From NCBI RefSeq assembly GCF_006345805.1, contig NC_043000.1, forward strand, positions 32,364,001 to 32,428,000: DNA of 64,000 bases. Direction: 5' to 3'. The notes beneath the pieces are model-generated. The model saw nothing but the letters and a program-made list of their open reading frames with translations. It was not told the DNA's origin and did no database searches. The DNA comes from Octopus sinensis. Taxonomy: Eukaryota. Below are positions 1 to 12,900 of the stretch, one piece after another (the first letter of the stretch is position 1; each line of letters starts with the position of its first letter). The translations under genes were made by a program, and so were the position numbers.

Positions 1-129
1 ACAGGACTGTTTTTTTTTTTTATTATTTCTATGCCTGGTACTTCTATCGGTCTCTGAGGTCAAACCATAAACAAACCAACACCGATTGTCAAACTGGTGG
101 TGGTGGAGACAAACACACACACAATAAAA

Positions 130-291
130 ACATATATTTCTCTCCTTGTTTTTTCTGTGTCCCTTTCTGTAGAAGAGTGTAGGCTCGAAACGTAAAAGAC
201 TTTTTCTATTCCTGAGCGTTATACTAATACATCTGTTTGTTTTCTACACCACCTGTCTTCGTCTTTTGTTGTTGCTTTTTTCGTAAACTCT

Positions 292-293
<2 letters not shown>
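130..293 (+). mobile_element. Short interspersed repeat carrying a hammerhead-like motif (Penelope-like terminal fragment)
   Basis: Contains CTTT-CTGTAGA-A-GAGTGTAGGCTC-GAAACGTA-AAAG, similar in layout to 54640-54840; abuts (TA)n at 294-366. Confidence 0.5.

Positions 294-366
<73 letters not shown>
294..366. repeat. (TA)n microsatellite
   Basis: Near-perfect TA run. Confidence 0.95.
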
Positions 367-369
<3 letters not shown>

Positions 370-1049
370 GATGGTTTTCTTTCAGTTTCTTTCCAAATTT
401 ACCGGTAAGTTTACATCTCAGGCACGACGTGTCAGTAATTACTCAGGGTAGGCAGTTGGTGACTTTTATGTAGTAAAACACACAAAAAATAAGCAAAATA
501 GGTGCACGACTGAGTTGAAGGCAGATTTACTTCTGCCTTTGCAGCGCATAAAGAAAACGGTGTTATAGGAATGTGCGCAGCATGTGTACTTCAGCACTAC
601 TGTGCTTAGCTTAAATACTGAGATTGAAAGGCAGGAGTGAATCATGCCTACCTAATGTACAAAAAAAAAATTATATATTTTGCATTTTATGCATAGTAAT
701 CTGACTAACCTTCATAATTTTATTGAATTAGGGGCATATTTTGCCATAAAAGGAAAATGTTGCTATCAGTCGATTTTATTCACGGTTGGCATTGCCTACC
801 CAGGCAGCATATCCCTGTTACACCTCTACAAACATCTTCATGTTACTTTTATACCATTGATGAACCTCTTAGCTGATGTTGGTATTTAGTTCTGATCAAG
901 CAAACTTGTAATCAAAGGCAATCCTGCCAGGACCATCCTGTTGGAGCTGTCATCATGACATATGTTATGTCTTGGGCAGTTTTCAACCTGACAGCCCCAC
1001 TTTTTTTAGCTTTGACAATTTCTTTTTAAGAATATTTCTTCTTTCAATA

Positions 1050-1190
1050 GGCACAGCTAGAGATGTGTGGTTGAGAAGCTTTGTTCTGAGTTACGAGTTC
1101 AGTCCTACTGTATGGCAACTGTCTTTACTGCAGCCCCCCAGCCAACCAAAGCATTGTGAGTGGGATTTGGTAGACAGAAATTGAAAGAAT
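1050..1190 (+). mobile_element. tRNA-derived SINE head fragment (family A)
   Basis: GGCACAG...GTGTGGTTGAGAAGCTT...GAGTTCAGTCCTACTG...GTGGGATTTGGTAGACAGAAA; the same motif recurs at 2430-2580, 7548, 33198, 38870-39030 and 61250. Confidence 0.7.
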
Positions 1191-1744
1191 GTATGTGTAT
1201 CTAACAGAATAGGCAATGTTTTGATATTAATTTACCATTACACATTTTCCTAATAAGGAATTACAAAGTTGTTCATGTTAGACAAGCATTTAAGGAATTT
1301 CCTTTTAGAAAGAGAAATTAAATAATAGAAATTTTATGTTTGTATGAATCCAAACCTAAAATTTCTTTTATTTAATTTCTCTGTCTAAAAGGATTTTTAA
1401 TAGTGAATTCCTTACATGTCTGTCTAACATGGACAACTCTGTAATTCCTATTTGCAAATGAAACACGTGTAATGGTGAGAAAATAGTACCAAAAAATGTC
1501 CACTTTCCTGTGTTGTCATACAATAACACTGCAAATAATATTTTCAGAATTCTCAATTTTAATATGCATTTCAAAGTAACATACAGCAGCATATGAGACT
1601 ACAACCCCTGCGAGCACAGAAAACGGACGTTAAACGATGATGATGATGATGATACTGGATTCTAATAATAGAATGATTAGATGTGCTTCAAGAGGAAACA
1701 GTTGGGATTTGCCGTAACTACATACGTATTAAATAATACATATG

Positions 1745-2065
1745 TCGTCATCGTTTAACGTCCGCTAGCATGGGTTGGACGATTTTGACTGAGGGCTGGT
1801 GATCCAGATGGCTGCACCAGGCTCCAATCTTGATCTGGTATCTGAATGCCCTTCCTAATACCAATCACTCCGAGAGTGTAGTGAGTGCTTTTATGTGCCA
1901 CTGGCACAGGGCCAGTCAGGCAGCACTGGCAACGACCTCACTCGTATCTTCTTACACATGCCACCGGCACGGGTGCCAGTAAGGCGATGCTGGTAACGAT
2001 CACGCTCGAATGGTGTTTTTTATGTGTCACTGGCACGGAGGCCAGATTGCCGCTCTGGCAATGAT
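1745..2065 (-). mobile_element. RTE 3' UTR/tail fragment
   Basis: CATCATCGTTTAACGTCCG...GGATGCCCTTCCTAA...GTGCCA repeats, the same terminus that follows the RTE ORF in longer copies. Confidence 0.8.
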
Positions 2066-2337
2066 AACAGAAGCAGTTATATCAGCTGATCAGCTTTCAG
2101 AACATTGCCTAAAGCCAGTTGCTCTTGCCATCAGCCAAATTTAACTTCCCAGTTAAGTTAGCCACAATGGGTTTCATTAGTCTCTCATTTTTTGGGTAAG
2201 GAATTTCTGCCAGACCCCACTATTACTGTTTGTGATGACAGAGTTCTCCAATTCACACTCAAATGTGGCTCACCTTTCTCTCTCTACTCATTATCACTTA
2301 TTTAGGTTGTATCCCCCTTTGGTTCTTACCCTCTCCA

Positions 2338-2580
2338 CCAGCATCGGTTGTCAAGCGATGTTGGGGGGACAAACACAGACAAACAAACATACACACACAC
2401 ACACACACATATATATATACATATATACGACGGGCTTCTTTCAGTGTCTGTCTACCAAATCCACTCACAAGGCTTTGGTCGACCCGAGGCTATAGTAGAA
2501 GACACTTGCCCAAGGTGCCACGCAGTGGGACTGAACCTGGAACCATGTGGTTCGTAAACAAGCTACTTACCACACAGCCA
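2338..2580 (-). mobile_element. tRNA-derived SINE (family A) with internal (CA)/(TA) microsatellite
   Basis: Matches the copy at 38265-39030; reverse-complement head GGCTGTGTGGTAAGTAGCTTG...GGTTCAGTCCCACTGCGTGGCACCTTGGG. Confidence 0.8.
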
Positions 2581-2666
2581 GTTTTTTTTATTATTATTCA
2601 AACTTTAACACATTTAATTCATTTCCGTTGAACATTTTTTTTTCCAGAATCCTGCACAGTTAAGGA

Positions 2667-2770
2667 ATGGATATTCGCCGACCGAAAATGCTGGCTGGTC
2701 GAGAACATCCAGCTTACAAAAACAAGCAACATTCAGAGCAAGCATTTGAGAAACTGAATCAAATGAGAAA
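2667..2770 (+). CDS. KLHL2: Kelch gene coding exon 1 ([35 protein letters not shown])
   Basis: Acceptor TTTCCAG ends at 2647; in-frame TAA at 2661 precedes ATG 2667; donor GTAAGG at 2771; phase 2 matches the next exon; [11 protein letters not shown] resembles the pre-BTB segment of KLHL proteins. Confidence 0.85.
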
Positions 2771-5700
2771 GTAAGGGTTCTTTGCTGTTTATGTGTTTGT
2801 TTAGTTAAAAAAAACTGGTTTTTCAGGGCTATGATCTCAGCATCTGCTTATATGCTTATCCTTATGGATGTATGTATCATCATCATCGTTTAACATCCAT
2901 TTTCCATGCTGGCATGGGTTGGACAGTTTGACTGAGGTTTGGCAAGCCAGAATGATGCACAGGGCTCCAATCTGATCTGGCAATGTTTCTACAGCTGGAT
3001 ACCCTTCCTAACGCCAACCACTCATAGAGTGTAGTGGGTGCTTTTTACCGGCACAGGAACCAGTCAGGTGGGCTTGGCATCAATCACGTTCGGATAATGC
3101 TTTTTACATGCCACCAGCATTGGCCACGTTTGGATGGTGCTTTTTATGTGCCACCAGCACAGGGGCCAGTTAGGTAGCCCTAGCATCAACCACTTTCAGA
3201 TGGTCCTTTTTACATGCCACCAGCATGGAAGCCATTCAGGGGGCACTAGCTACAGCTACAATATCAGTTTTACTTGACTCAACAGGTTTTCTCAAGCATA
3301 TCATATTACCTGACACATCAGGGGTACTCTTAACAGGGCCGGATATGCGTGGCAGCGATCTCGCTTTAGTTGCCGGGTCTTCCCAATTCCAGCATATCTC
3401 CAAAGGTCTCGGTCTCCTGCCTTTGCCTCTGTGAGGTCAAATGTTTGAAGGTCATGCTTCACCACCTCATCCCATGTCTTCCTGGGTCTGTCTTTTATAC
3501 AGGTTCCTTCCACATTTAGGGAGTGGCACTTCCTCACACAGCTTTCTTCATCCGTACGTAACACATGACCATACCAGTGCAGTCGTCCATCTTGCACACT
3601 ACATTTGATGCTTCTAGTGCCCAACTTTTCTCTCAGGGCACTTACACTCTATCGTGTATGCACATTGACATTACACATCCAGCGAAGCATACTAGCTTCA
3701 TTTCATTATAGCCTATGCATGTCCTCAGCATTCATAGCCCATGGTTCACTGCCATGTAGCATGGCAGTTTGCACTCATGCATCATACAGTCTACCCTTCA
3801 TCCTGAGCGAGAGGCCCTTAGTTGCCAGCAGAGGTAGGAGCTCCTTGAACTTTGCCCAGGCTATTCTTATTCTAGCCACTACACTCTCAGAGCAACCACC
3901 CACACTACAGACTTGGTTGCCTAGGTAGCACAAGCTATTAACTGCTTCTAGTTTCTCCCTCTGGCATGTGATCGAATCTGTTTTCTGTACATCTTCAGTG
4001 TTTATTACCCCTGTGCATCTGCCACACACAAAAACTATTTTCCTGGTTAACCTTCCCTTGATATTACTACACCTTTTATGTGTCCATAGCTTACACCAGG
4101 TACATTCTATGGAGTTTCTACCCACACCTTTTCTACAAATTGAACAGTGTTGTCTACCTGAAGGGGGTTGTGATTTGACACCCTTCCTACTTACTAAGAC
4201 TTTTTTGCTACGTTAGCCCTAAGGTCATTAGAGGAGCTCCCAGGGGCAGCCTGTCTTGAATTCCTCTGTTATTGCCTGGAGGACTATAATGAATAAGAAG
4301 GGGCTGAGGACTGATCCTTGGTGAACCCCTATTTCTACTTGGAATTCTTCACTATACTCATTGCCAACCCTCACCTTACTGACAGCATCCCTGTACAGGG
4401 CTTGTACAGCTCTTACCAACCACTTATCTATCCCCAGTTTCCACATTGACCACCAGATAAGGGATCGGGGGACCCTGTCAAAGGCTTTCTCCAAGTCAAC
4501 AAAAGCCAGGTACAGAAATATAGCTTCAGTGGTGCTTTGTACAAAACCAAACTACATCTTGTCTAGGCTAACTCTCCCTCATTAGTTGGGCTATGACCCT
4601 CTCTGTAACTTTCATCACCTGATCCAATAATTTGATACCCCTACAGTTATTTCTATCTAAAGCATCACCATTACCCTTTTAGCAGTTGACTATGGTGCTG
4701 CTACGCCAGTCATTGGGTGTGATTCCTTCATGAACTACCTGATTTACAATGCAGGTAACAAGACCATAACCCACACTGCCCAATATTTTAAGCATCTCAG
4801 CAGTGATTTCTGATGGGCTGGGGGCTTTCCATGTCTTCATATACTTAATTGCTTTATCTACCAACGTAATGTCAGTTCAGGTAGCTGGTCTCTCAAATGG
4901 GTCAACCTTTGGCAGACTCTCCTCCTCCCATTCATTCTCCACATTCAGCAGTCTTCCATAATTGCATCTCCAAGCCTCTTTCTTTGCAGAATCATTAAAC
5001 GCAATGGCACCATCTTCCATGCGGACACATTTCTCTCCTATAACATCACGATTTTCTCTCTCACACACTGTCTTGTAATCTGAAATACTTCAGTTCTTTG
5101 GTCCTCGCATCACTGAACATTGGCAAACTTCTTCTTTTCTGCTACTCTCTTGGCTATATATATATCTGTCTCTTAGCTTCCCTTTTGGCTGTCTGATACA
5201 TTCTCCTGCTACCCCCACTCTTCCAGGCCTTCCGAGCCTGTTTCTTTACTCTAATGGCCCTGTCTACAGTATTGTTCCATCACCATGTTACCCTAGGTTT
5301 TGAAGGGACTTTGCCCCAGCCACAGATTTGGTCTGTGGCACTCAGTAAGCTGTCTTGCAGGAATTCCCAGCTGCTTTCTATGTCACAGGACTATAGCTCC
5401 TCCTCCCTATCATCAAATTTCTTGGTAAGGATATCCCTAAATCTCTGACCATGTGAAGGGTTCTTAAGCTTCCAAATCCTTTTCCAGATTGGTCTGCTTT
5501 TTGGCATCCTTCTGGCCTTGAGTCTAAAGTCACTAATAACTAATCTATTCAGGTGGGTACATTCTTCACCAGGGAGGGTCTTTGTATTTAAGAGCAACCA
5601 TTGCATCCCTCTGTCTGGTGAGAATGAAATCAATTTGGCTAGCAGAGTCACCTGATTGATAGGTTATCAGGTGGCTAGCTAGCTTCCTGAAGTTGGTGTT

Positions 5701-6910
5701 GCAGATCAATAGGTTATTTGCATTGCAGAACTCCAGGAGCCCAGTTCTCTACTCATTTCTGGTACCAATTCCATGGCTCCTGTGTACACCATGGAAGATA
5801 CCAGGTTGCTGTCCAACATGCCCATTAAAATCTCCAGCCACAAAGATGAGATCATTGTCACTCATCTTTGAGGTATCCTGCAGAAGAATATCTTAAAAGT
5901 GACCCTTCTGTTCATTTGGTAAGCCCACTTGTTGGGTGTCGGCAGAGATAATTGTAGCTATACCATTCTGCAAGACTATCCTGAGTTTAAGTACTCTATC
6001 GTACACCTTCACTGCCTCTATGACCTTATCCATCCATTTCTCTGCAAGAAGTATGCCCACACCCGCTACTCCATCACTATTACCTTCCTAGAAGAGTTTA
6101 TATCTATATATGCTTTGCCTGTGAGGACTCTGGCTGAAGCTTCTCTCCACCTTACCTCTTGTACGCAACATCAACATGTCTCCGTTCAAGCATCCCTACA
6201 ATCTCGCTAGACCTACCTTTCAATGTGCCTACATTTACAGTGCCAACTCAGAAAACTGGGAAAGAGATATGGGAGGTAACACAGGAAGGAGAGATGTTAT
6301 TCAGCACCCGAAAAGAAGGTTTCCGTGATCGTTTGGTAACAGATGTCATAATAGATGTTCTTGCTTTTAATCTACCGTCATCCTTCAAACATGTATATTT
6401 ATATATGGAGGGATTTGTGTGTGTGTTATCAAAAGTTGATAGTCTACTCAGAGTTTCTGCCTTGGTTGGATTCCTCACAACAATCAGGAATGACCCAGTC
6501 CAGGCCTGTTCCTGACTCTTGTCAGTTTTTCTTATAATCAACATCTTTTTTAATGTTCCACTGGCATGAGTGCCAATCAGGCAGTACTGTCATTGGCCAT
6601 GTCAGCAATTTTGATTTCACTTGCCTCAATAGGTCTTCACAAGCAAAGTTTATTGTCCAATGAATGAGGGGTAATAATAAGTGGGCTGGTTACACCCACT
6701 GGCATAGCTCTAACTTGGCTTGTCGGGTCTTCTCAAGTACACCATATCTCCAAAGGTCTCATCATCATCATCATCATCGTTTAACGTCCGCTTTCCATGG
6801 GTTGGACGATTTTGACTGAGGGCTGGCGAACCAGATGGCTGCACCAGGCTCCAATCTTGATTTGGCAGAGTTTCTACAGCTGGATGCCCTTCCTAACGCC
6901 AACCACTCCG

Positions 6911-6946
<36 letters not shown>

Positions 6947-9900
6947 TCACACACACACACACATAAGGATAAGCATATCAAAAGGGGTCCATGGGAAACC
7001 TCATTTAAATAAAAGGGGTCGTTGGTGCAGTGAAAAGGTTGGGAATGACTGGAACAAAGACTTGACAATGTCTCCACTCCCTGCTGGCCTCTGTCATCAT
7101 TTTTTTTTATATTACATTTGTGAGTCTTTTGAGTTTTTGTCGTTTAAGAAATGTCTCTCTCTCTTTTTTCAGAATGGGGAAGTTGTGTGACGTGACCTTG
7201 CTTGCTGGAGATACTGAAATATTGGCTCATCGTGCTGTGCTTGCCTCTTGTAGTCCGTACTTTTATGCCATGTTTAATGCTGAAATGGCTGAATCGAAAG
7301 CCGAGAAAGTGACCTTGCACCAAATAGATCCTGCTGCCTTAAGTATGTTGATTGACTTTGTGTATACATCTGAAATACACGTAACTGAAGACAATGTACA
7401 GGTGAGTACAGGTGAATGGAATTTAATTATCCATTCATACAGAAGAGGAATGGTTTAAGATTCCTAGGAAAGGAACAGTCTAAGATTGTTAATAAGATAA
7501 GAATGTCTTAGTTTATTAACCGCAAAGCATTTTGAGATTTACATCAACAGGCGTGGCTGTGGGGTTAAGAAGCTTGCTTCCCAATCACATGGCTTTAGTT
7601 TCAGTCCCACTGCATGACACCTTGAACAAGTGTCTACTACAACAGCCCTGGGCCAGCTGAAGTCTTGTCAATGGATTTGGTTGAAAGAAGTCCATTGTGT
7701 GTGTGTTTCTGTCCCCTTGTCTAACAGGCAGTATCATTCATTTCCAGTTTTCTGTGAAGAACATGTCCAGCAGCCATGGGGAAACATTGCTTGGAATCAA
7801 GTGAGGGTTGGCACCAGGAAAGGCATCTGGCCATAGAAGAAAATCTGCTTCATTGAATTCTGTCTGACCCAGGGAAGCATGGCACAGTGAACATTGAAAC
7901 TATGATGATAATGGCTACATTTCTGTCTTACCTCCAATCATCATCAGTTATATTTCTCCTGGATGTGCATGTAGTACATGGCTAGATTTGAAGTAGGAAT
8001 CTTTATTTCTAAACTAATGATAGTAAAGTTCTTAGTTGTTATTTAACCTCTAGACAACTCTATCTGAGCAGCTCCATGCTTAAAGGCAGCACAGACATGA
8101 TCATCTGGCCTTTTTGCTCCAGATATGTGTATGAATTGCACTACAATATCCAAATATGTCTTTCACACACAAAATGACAGACCTTTGGAAATATGCAGTG
8201 CGTGAGAAGACCCGGCAAGCCAAATGAGACTATAACCCAAGACCTATGCCAAGGGTATAACCAGCCCATTTATGTGTACCTTTACTACATTTGACACTAA
8301 ATTCTGCTTGTGAAGACCTGTTGAGGCAAGTGAAATTGAAATCAAATCAAATTCGCAAATTCGATGACTGGCACCTGTGCCAGTGGAGCACTAAGAGCAC
8401 CATCCGAGCGGGATCGCTGCCAGAGCAACAAACTAGCTTCCGTGCTAGTGACACATAAAAAGCACTATTCAAACGTGATCATTACCAGCATCGCCTTACT
8501 GACACTTGTGCCAGTGGCACGTGAAAAACATTTGAGCGAGGTTGTTGCCAGTGTCACTGGACTGGCTCCTGTGCAGGTGGCACGTAAAAAACACCATTTG
8601 AGCATGGCCGTTGCCAGTACTGCCTGACTGGCTCTCGTGCCGGTAGCACGTAAAAGCACCCACTACACATTCTGAGTGGTTGGTGTTAGGAAGAGCATCC
8701 AGCTGTAGAAACTGCCAGATCATATTGGAGCCTGGTGCAGCCATCTGGTTCGCCAGTTCTCAGTCAAATCGTCCAACCCATGCTAGTATGGAAAGTGGAC
8801 ATTAAAAAATGATGATTGGCAATTATCTTTAGCAAATTAAATCAGATGTAGTGTGCAAGAAAGATGGCTGTGAACCTATACAAATGGACAATGATTTTTA
8901 CATAAGAAAGTGAAGTGCAATCTAATTTCTTTCTGTTCTTTTATTTTTGCAAAAACTAGCATCACATCCGTTACAGCAACAAAGGTTCCAGCTGATCTAA
9001 TCAATGGGACTGCTTGCTCATGAAATTAACTCACAAGTGATTGAGCACTCCATAGACATATCTGTACCCCTAACAGAGTTGTTCTCAAGGAGATTCAGCA
9101 TGACACAGAATGTGAATTATGGGGTACAACTCAATTTTTGCCAAGTGAGTGGACTGGAGCAACATGAAATAAAGTGTCTTGCTCAAGGTCACAACACTCC
9201 ACCAGGAATCAAACTCATGACCTTATGATTGTTGAATCCATGAAAGAAGGAAACTCCTGCTGCTACAAAAGAAATATCCCTAAACATGACCCACCCATGC
9301 CAGTACAGACAAAACAGATATAGAACGGTGACATACAATTATATTCACCTCCATATTTCCTTTTATGTGTTCTCTAGTGCAGAAAATTCACTTTGGAAAT
9401 CAGAACCTGTTTCTGTGTTCTCTTGGTAACTAACTTCCTTTCTGGTAATGATTCCTAAGCGTCAAAAACTGACATTCTGTCTGTTCTGATGACAAGTGTT
9501 ACAGTAGACACTTGCTCTTCACAGCCATTCTATCATGACACCTTTCCTTGTTGAAATAAGATGAAATTCAATATCGTATCGTTATAAACCTTAATTAGAT
9601 CTTATGTAACGACAACCTGTTCTAATTATTTCACAGACTTTGTTGCCAGCCTCTAATTTACTCCAATTAACTGAAGTCCAAGAAGCTTGCTGTGAATTTT
9701 TGCAAAGTCAACTCCATCCTTCCAATTGTCTTGGCATCAAAGATTTTGCTGATCTCCATGACTGTACAGAACTTCTCAACTATACACAGACCTACATAGA
9801 ACAACATTTCAGGTTGGTAGCTTTCCTTCTTCAATAGCACATATATTATTATTATTATTTACACCATCACATTGTTATTGAAAATTATGATTTTTTTCAA

Positions 9901-12900
9901 TTTCATCCTCATTTCATGCTGGTGAAAACATCATAGTTTAATGAGGGATTCTAATTGTATTTCAGTAACACAAAGTTGTGTTTGCCATATGTGTGTGTAT
10001 ATATCATCATCATCATCATCGTTTAACGTCCGTTTTCCGCGCTAGCACGGGTTGGACGGTTCGACTGGGGTCTGGGAAGCCAGGGGCTGCACCAGGCTCC
10101 AGTCTGATCTGGCAGAGTTTCTACAGCTGGATGCCCTTCCTAACGCCAACCACTCCGCGAGTGTAGTGGGTGCTTTTTACGTGCCATCTGCACAGGTGCC
10201 AGGGGAGTCCGGCATCGGCGACGATCGGTTGGTGCTTTTAACGTGCCACCGGCACAGAAGCCAGCCAAGGCGGCGCTAACATCTGTTGTTCATGCTGGCA
10301 TGGGTTAGTTATATATATATATATAACTTGTTTATCATCTATGTATTATACTATCATACTTAACAAATATACACAGTTGACAGGCCTGATGCTGCAGTTT
10401 TCATCGGAGATAAAATCTCAGCAGATATGTGTTGTTTTAAAAGTAAGAAACATATCTGAAAGGGACCAAAAAAGATCATCTCAGCTGTGGCTCACGAGAA
10501 CACATGCATTTTAGCTTTGTTGGGCCTTGTCAGTGGCATGTGCTCACAGCTACTGATATTTAAGATAGCCTCCGGATCGAATGTAAATATAAATCAAAAT
10601 GAGGTTTCTAAGTATACCCAGGTAGTTTGCTAGAACAGGGTATTATTACCTTGCTTGGAAACAGAGGAGGATATCTTCAGGAAGGACATCAGGCTGTAGA
10701 AAATTTACCTCCACAAATTTCATCAGACCCATGCAAGCATAGAAAAGTAGATATTAAAACAATGATAATGATGATATTTTTGCCCTTCCACCCCCTCCAA
10801 CTGTACCAGAAGTTCCTATCCTCTGTCATCCTTTGGTTGTCTCCCATGAACACTTCTAAAGGCTTTATGCCATCCCCACCCCTTCTTAGGATTTATCTCC
10901 TATGTAAGAAGGCAGTGATATTATAGTGCAGTGTATGCAGGTTGAATTGAAGGCTAATGTTTGTTTATGAATTCTGCCAAATGCGAACGCTCTTTTCAGG
11001 TACATGACACTGCTGTCCCCCGTCCCAGTGTCTCATGGGCTCACACCTCCCACACCCTCAGGGTTGGCACTCTCAATGTCGGCACACTGAAAGGTAGGTC
11101 TGGTGAGATTGTTGAGATGCTTGAACCCCAAGAAGTAAGGTGCCGAGGAGTTTCCGCTAGGTTCCTCACAGGCAAAGAACACAGATACAAGATTTTCTGG
11201 GCGGGGAACACTGACGGGGTTGGGGACGTGGGTATACTTATTATGGAGAAATGGGTGGATAAGGTAATCGAGGTAGTCAGAATATGCAACAGAATACCTA
11301 AGATTAGATTAGTGCTTCATCATGGGTTAGCAACCATTATCTCGGCCTTTGCCCCTCAACCGGGGCTACTCGATGGACTAAAAGACTGATTTTATGACAC
11401 CCTTTTGCAGACTACCTCGTTGACGAATGACAGGGACCTTCTCTTTGTGGCTGGTGACTTCAATGGACATGTTGGACAACATACAGGGAGCTTCCATGGT
11501 GTACATGGAGGGTACGGTTTTGATTCCTGCAATGAGGAGGGAACCAGGCTGCTTGAGTTCTGCAATGCAAATGATCTTATGGTTTGCAATACTAACTTCA
11601 GGAAACCTGCCTGTCACCTACCATTCTGGCAGATACACTAGCCAAACTGACTACATCCTCGCCAGAAAAAGAGAAAGATGGCTGCTTATAAATGCCAAAA
11701 CCTTCCCAGGCGAAGAATGTACCCCACAACATAGACTGGGCTAAATGGATGCCCAGAAGACATCCAGCATGGAGGAGAAGGATCTGGAAGCTTAAAGATC
11801 CTGTGAATGGACAGAGATTTAGAGACGTATTACTCAAAGCCTTTGACAAAATAGAAGGGAATATAGCTTCACACGATGTGGAAGACAACTGGAGGTTCCT
11901 ACGGGACAACCTGCTGAGGGCCACTGACCGGATCTGTGGATGGTGCAAAGTCTCCTCTCGACCCAAAATAACATGGTGGTAGAACAATGTTGTTGATAGG
12001 GCTATTAGAGAAAAGAAACAGGCTTGGAAGGACTGGAAGCACAGTGGTAGCAGGGAATTGTATCAGACTACCAGAAGGGAAGCTAGAAGACAGGTTTATT
12101 TAGCCAGAAGGGAAGCAGATAAGAAAAAATTTGCCAATCTTCTGTGCCATGAGGACCAAAGACTTGAGGTATTTCGTGTTGCAAGACAGTGTGTGAGAGA
12201 GAATCGTGATGTCGTAGGAGAGAAATGTGCCCGCATGGATGATGGTTCACTTGCACTAAACGAGGATGCAAAGAGAGAGGTTTGGTGACGCCACTATGCA
12301 AGGTTACTGAATAAAGAAAATGAATGGGAGAAAGAGAGTCTGCCATATGTCAACCCCACAGAGGGATCAGCTACCTGAATTGATAGTACCTTTGTAGATA
12401 AAGCAATTAAGAGTATGAAGACAGAGAAAGCCCCCGGCCCATTAGGAATCACTGCAGAGATGCTTAAAATATCTGGCGGTGTTGGCTATAGCCTAGTCAT
12501 TCATATAGTTAACCAGGTGATACATGAAGGAGTCATACCCAATGACTGGTGTAGCAGTACTATAGTCAACTGCTACAAAGGTAAAGGTGACGCCTTAGAT
12601 ACAAATAATTACAGAGGTATCAAGTTGTTGGATCAGGTAATGAAGGTCATGGAGAGGGCCATAGCCCAACTAATTAAGGAGAGAGTCAGTTTTGATGGGA
12701 TGCAGTTTGGGTTCGTGCCAAGAAAAAGCACCACTGATGCTATATTTCTGGTAAGACAGCTGCAGGAGAAATGCCTGGTCAAAGACAGACCTCTGTACCT
12801 GGCTTTCGTTGACATGGAGAAAGCCTTTGACAGAGTCCCCCGATCCCTTATCTGGTGGTCAATGAGGAAACTAGGGATAGAAGAATGGTTAGTGAGAGCT

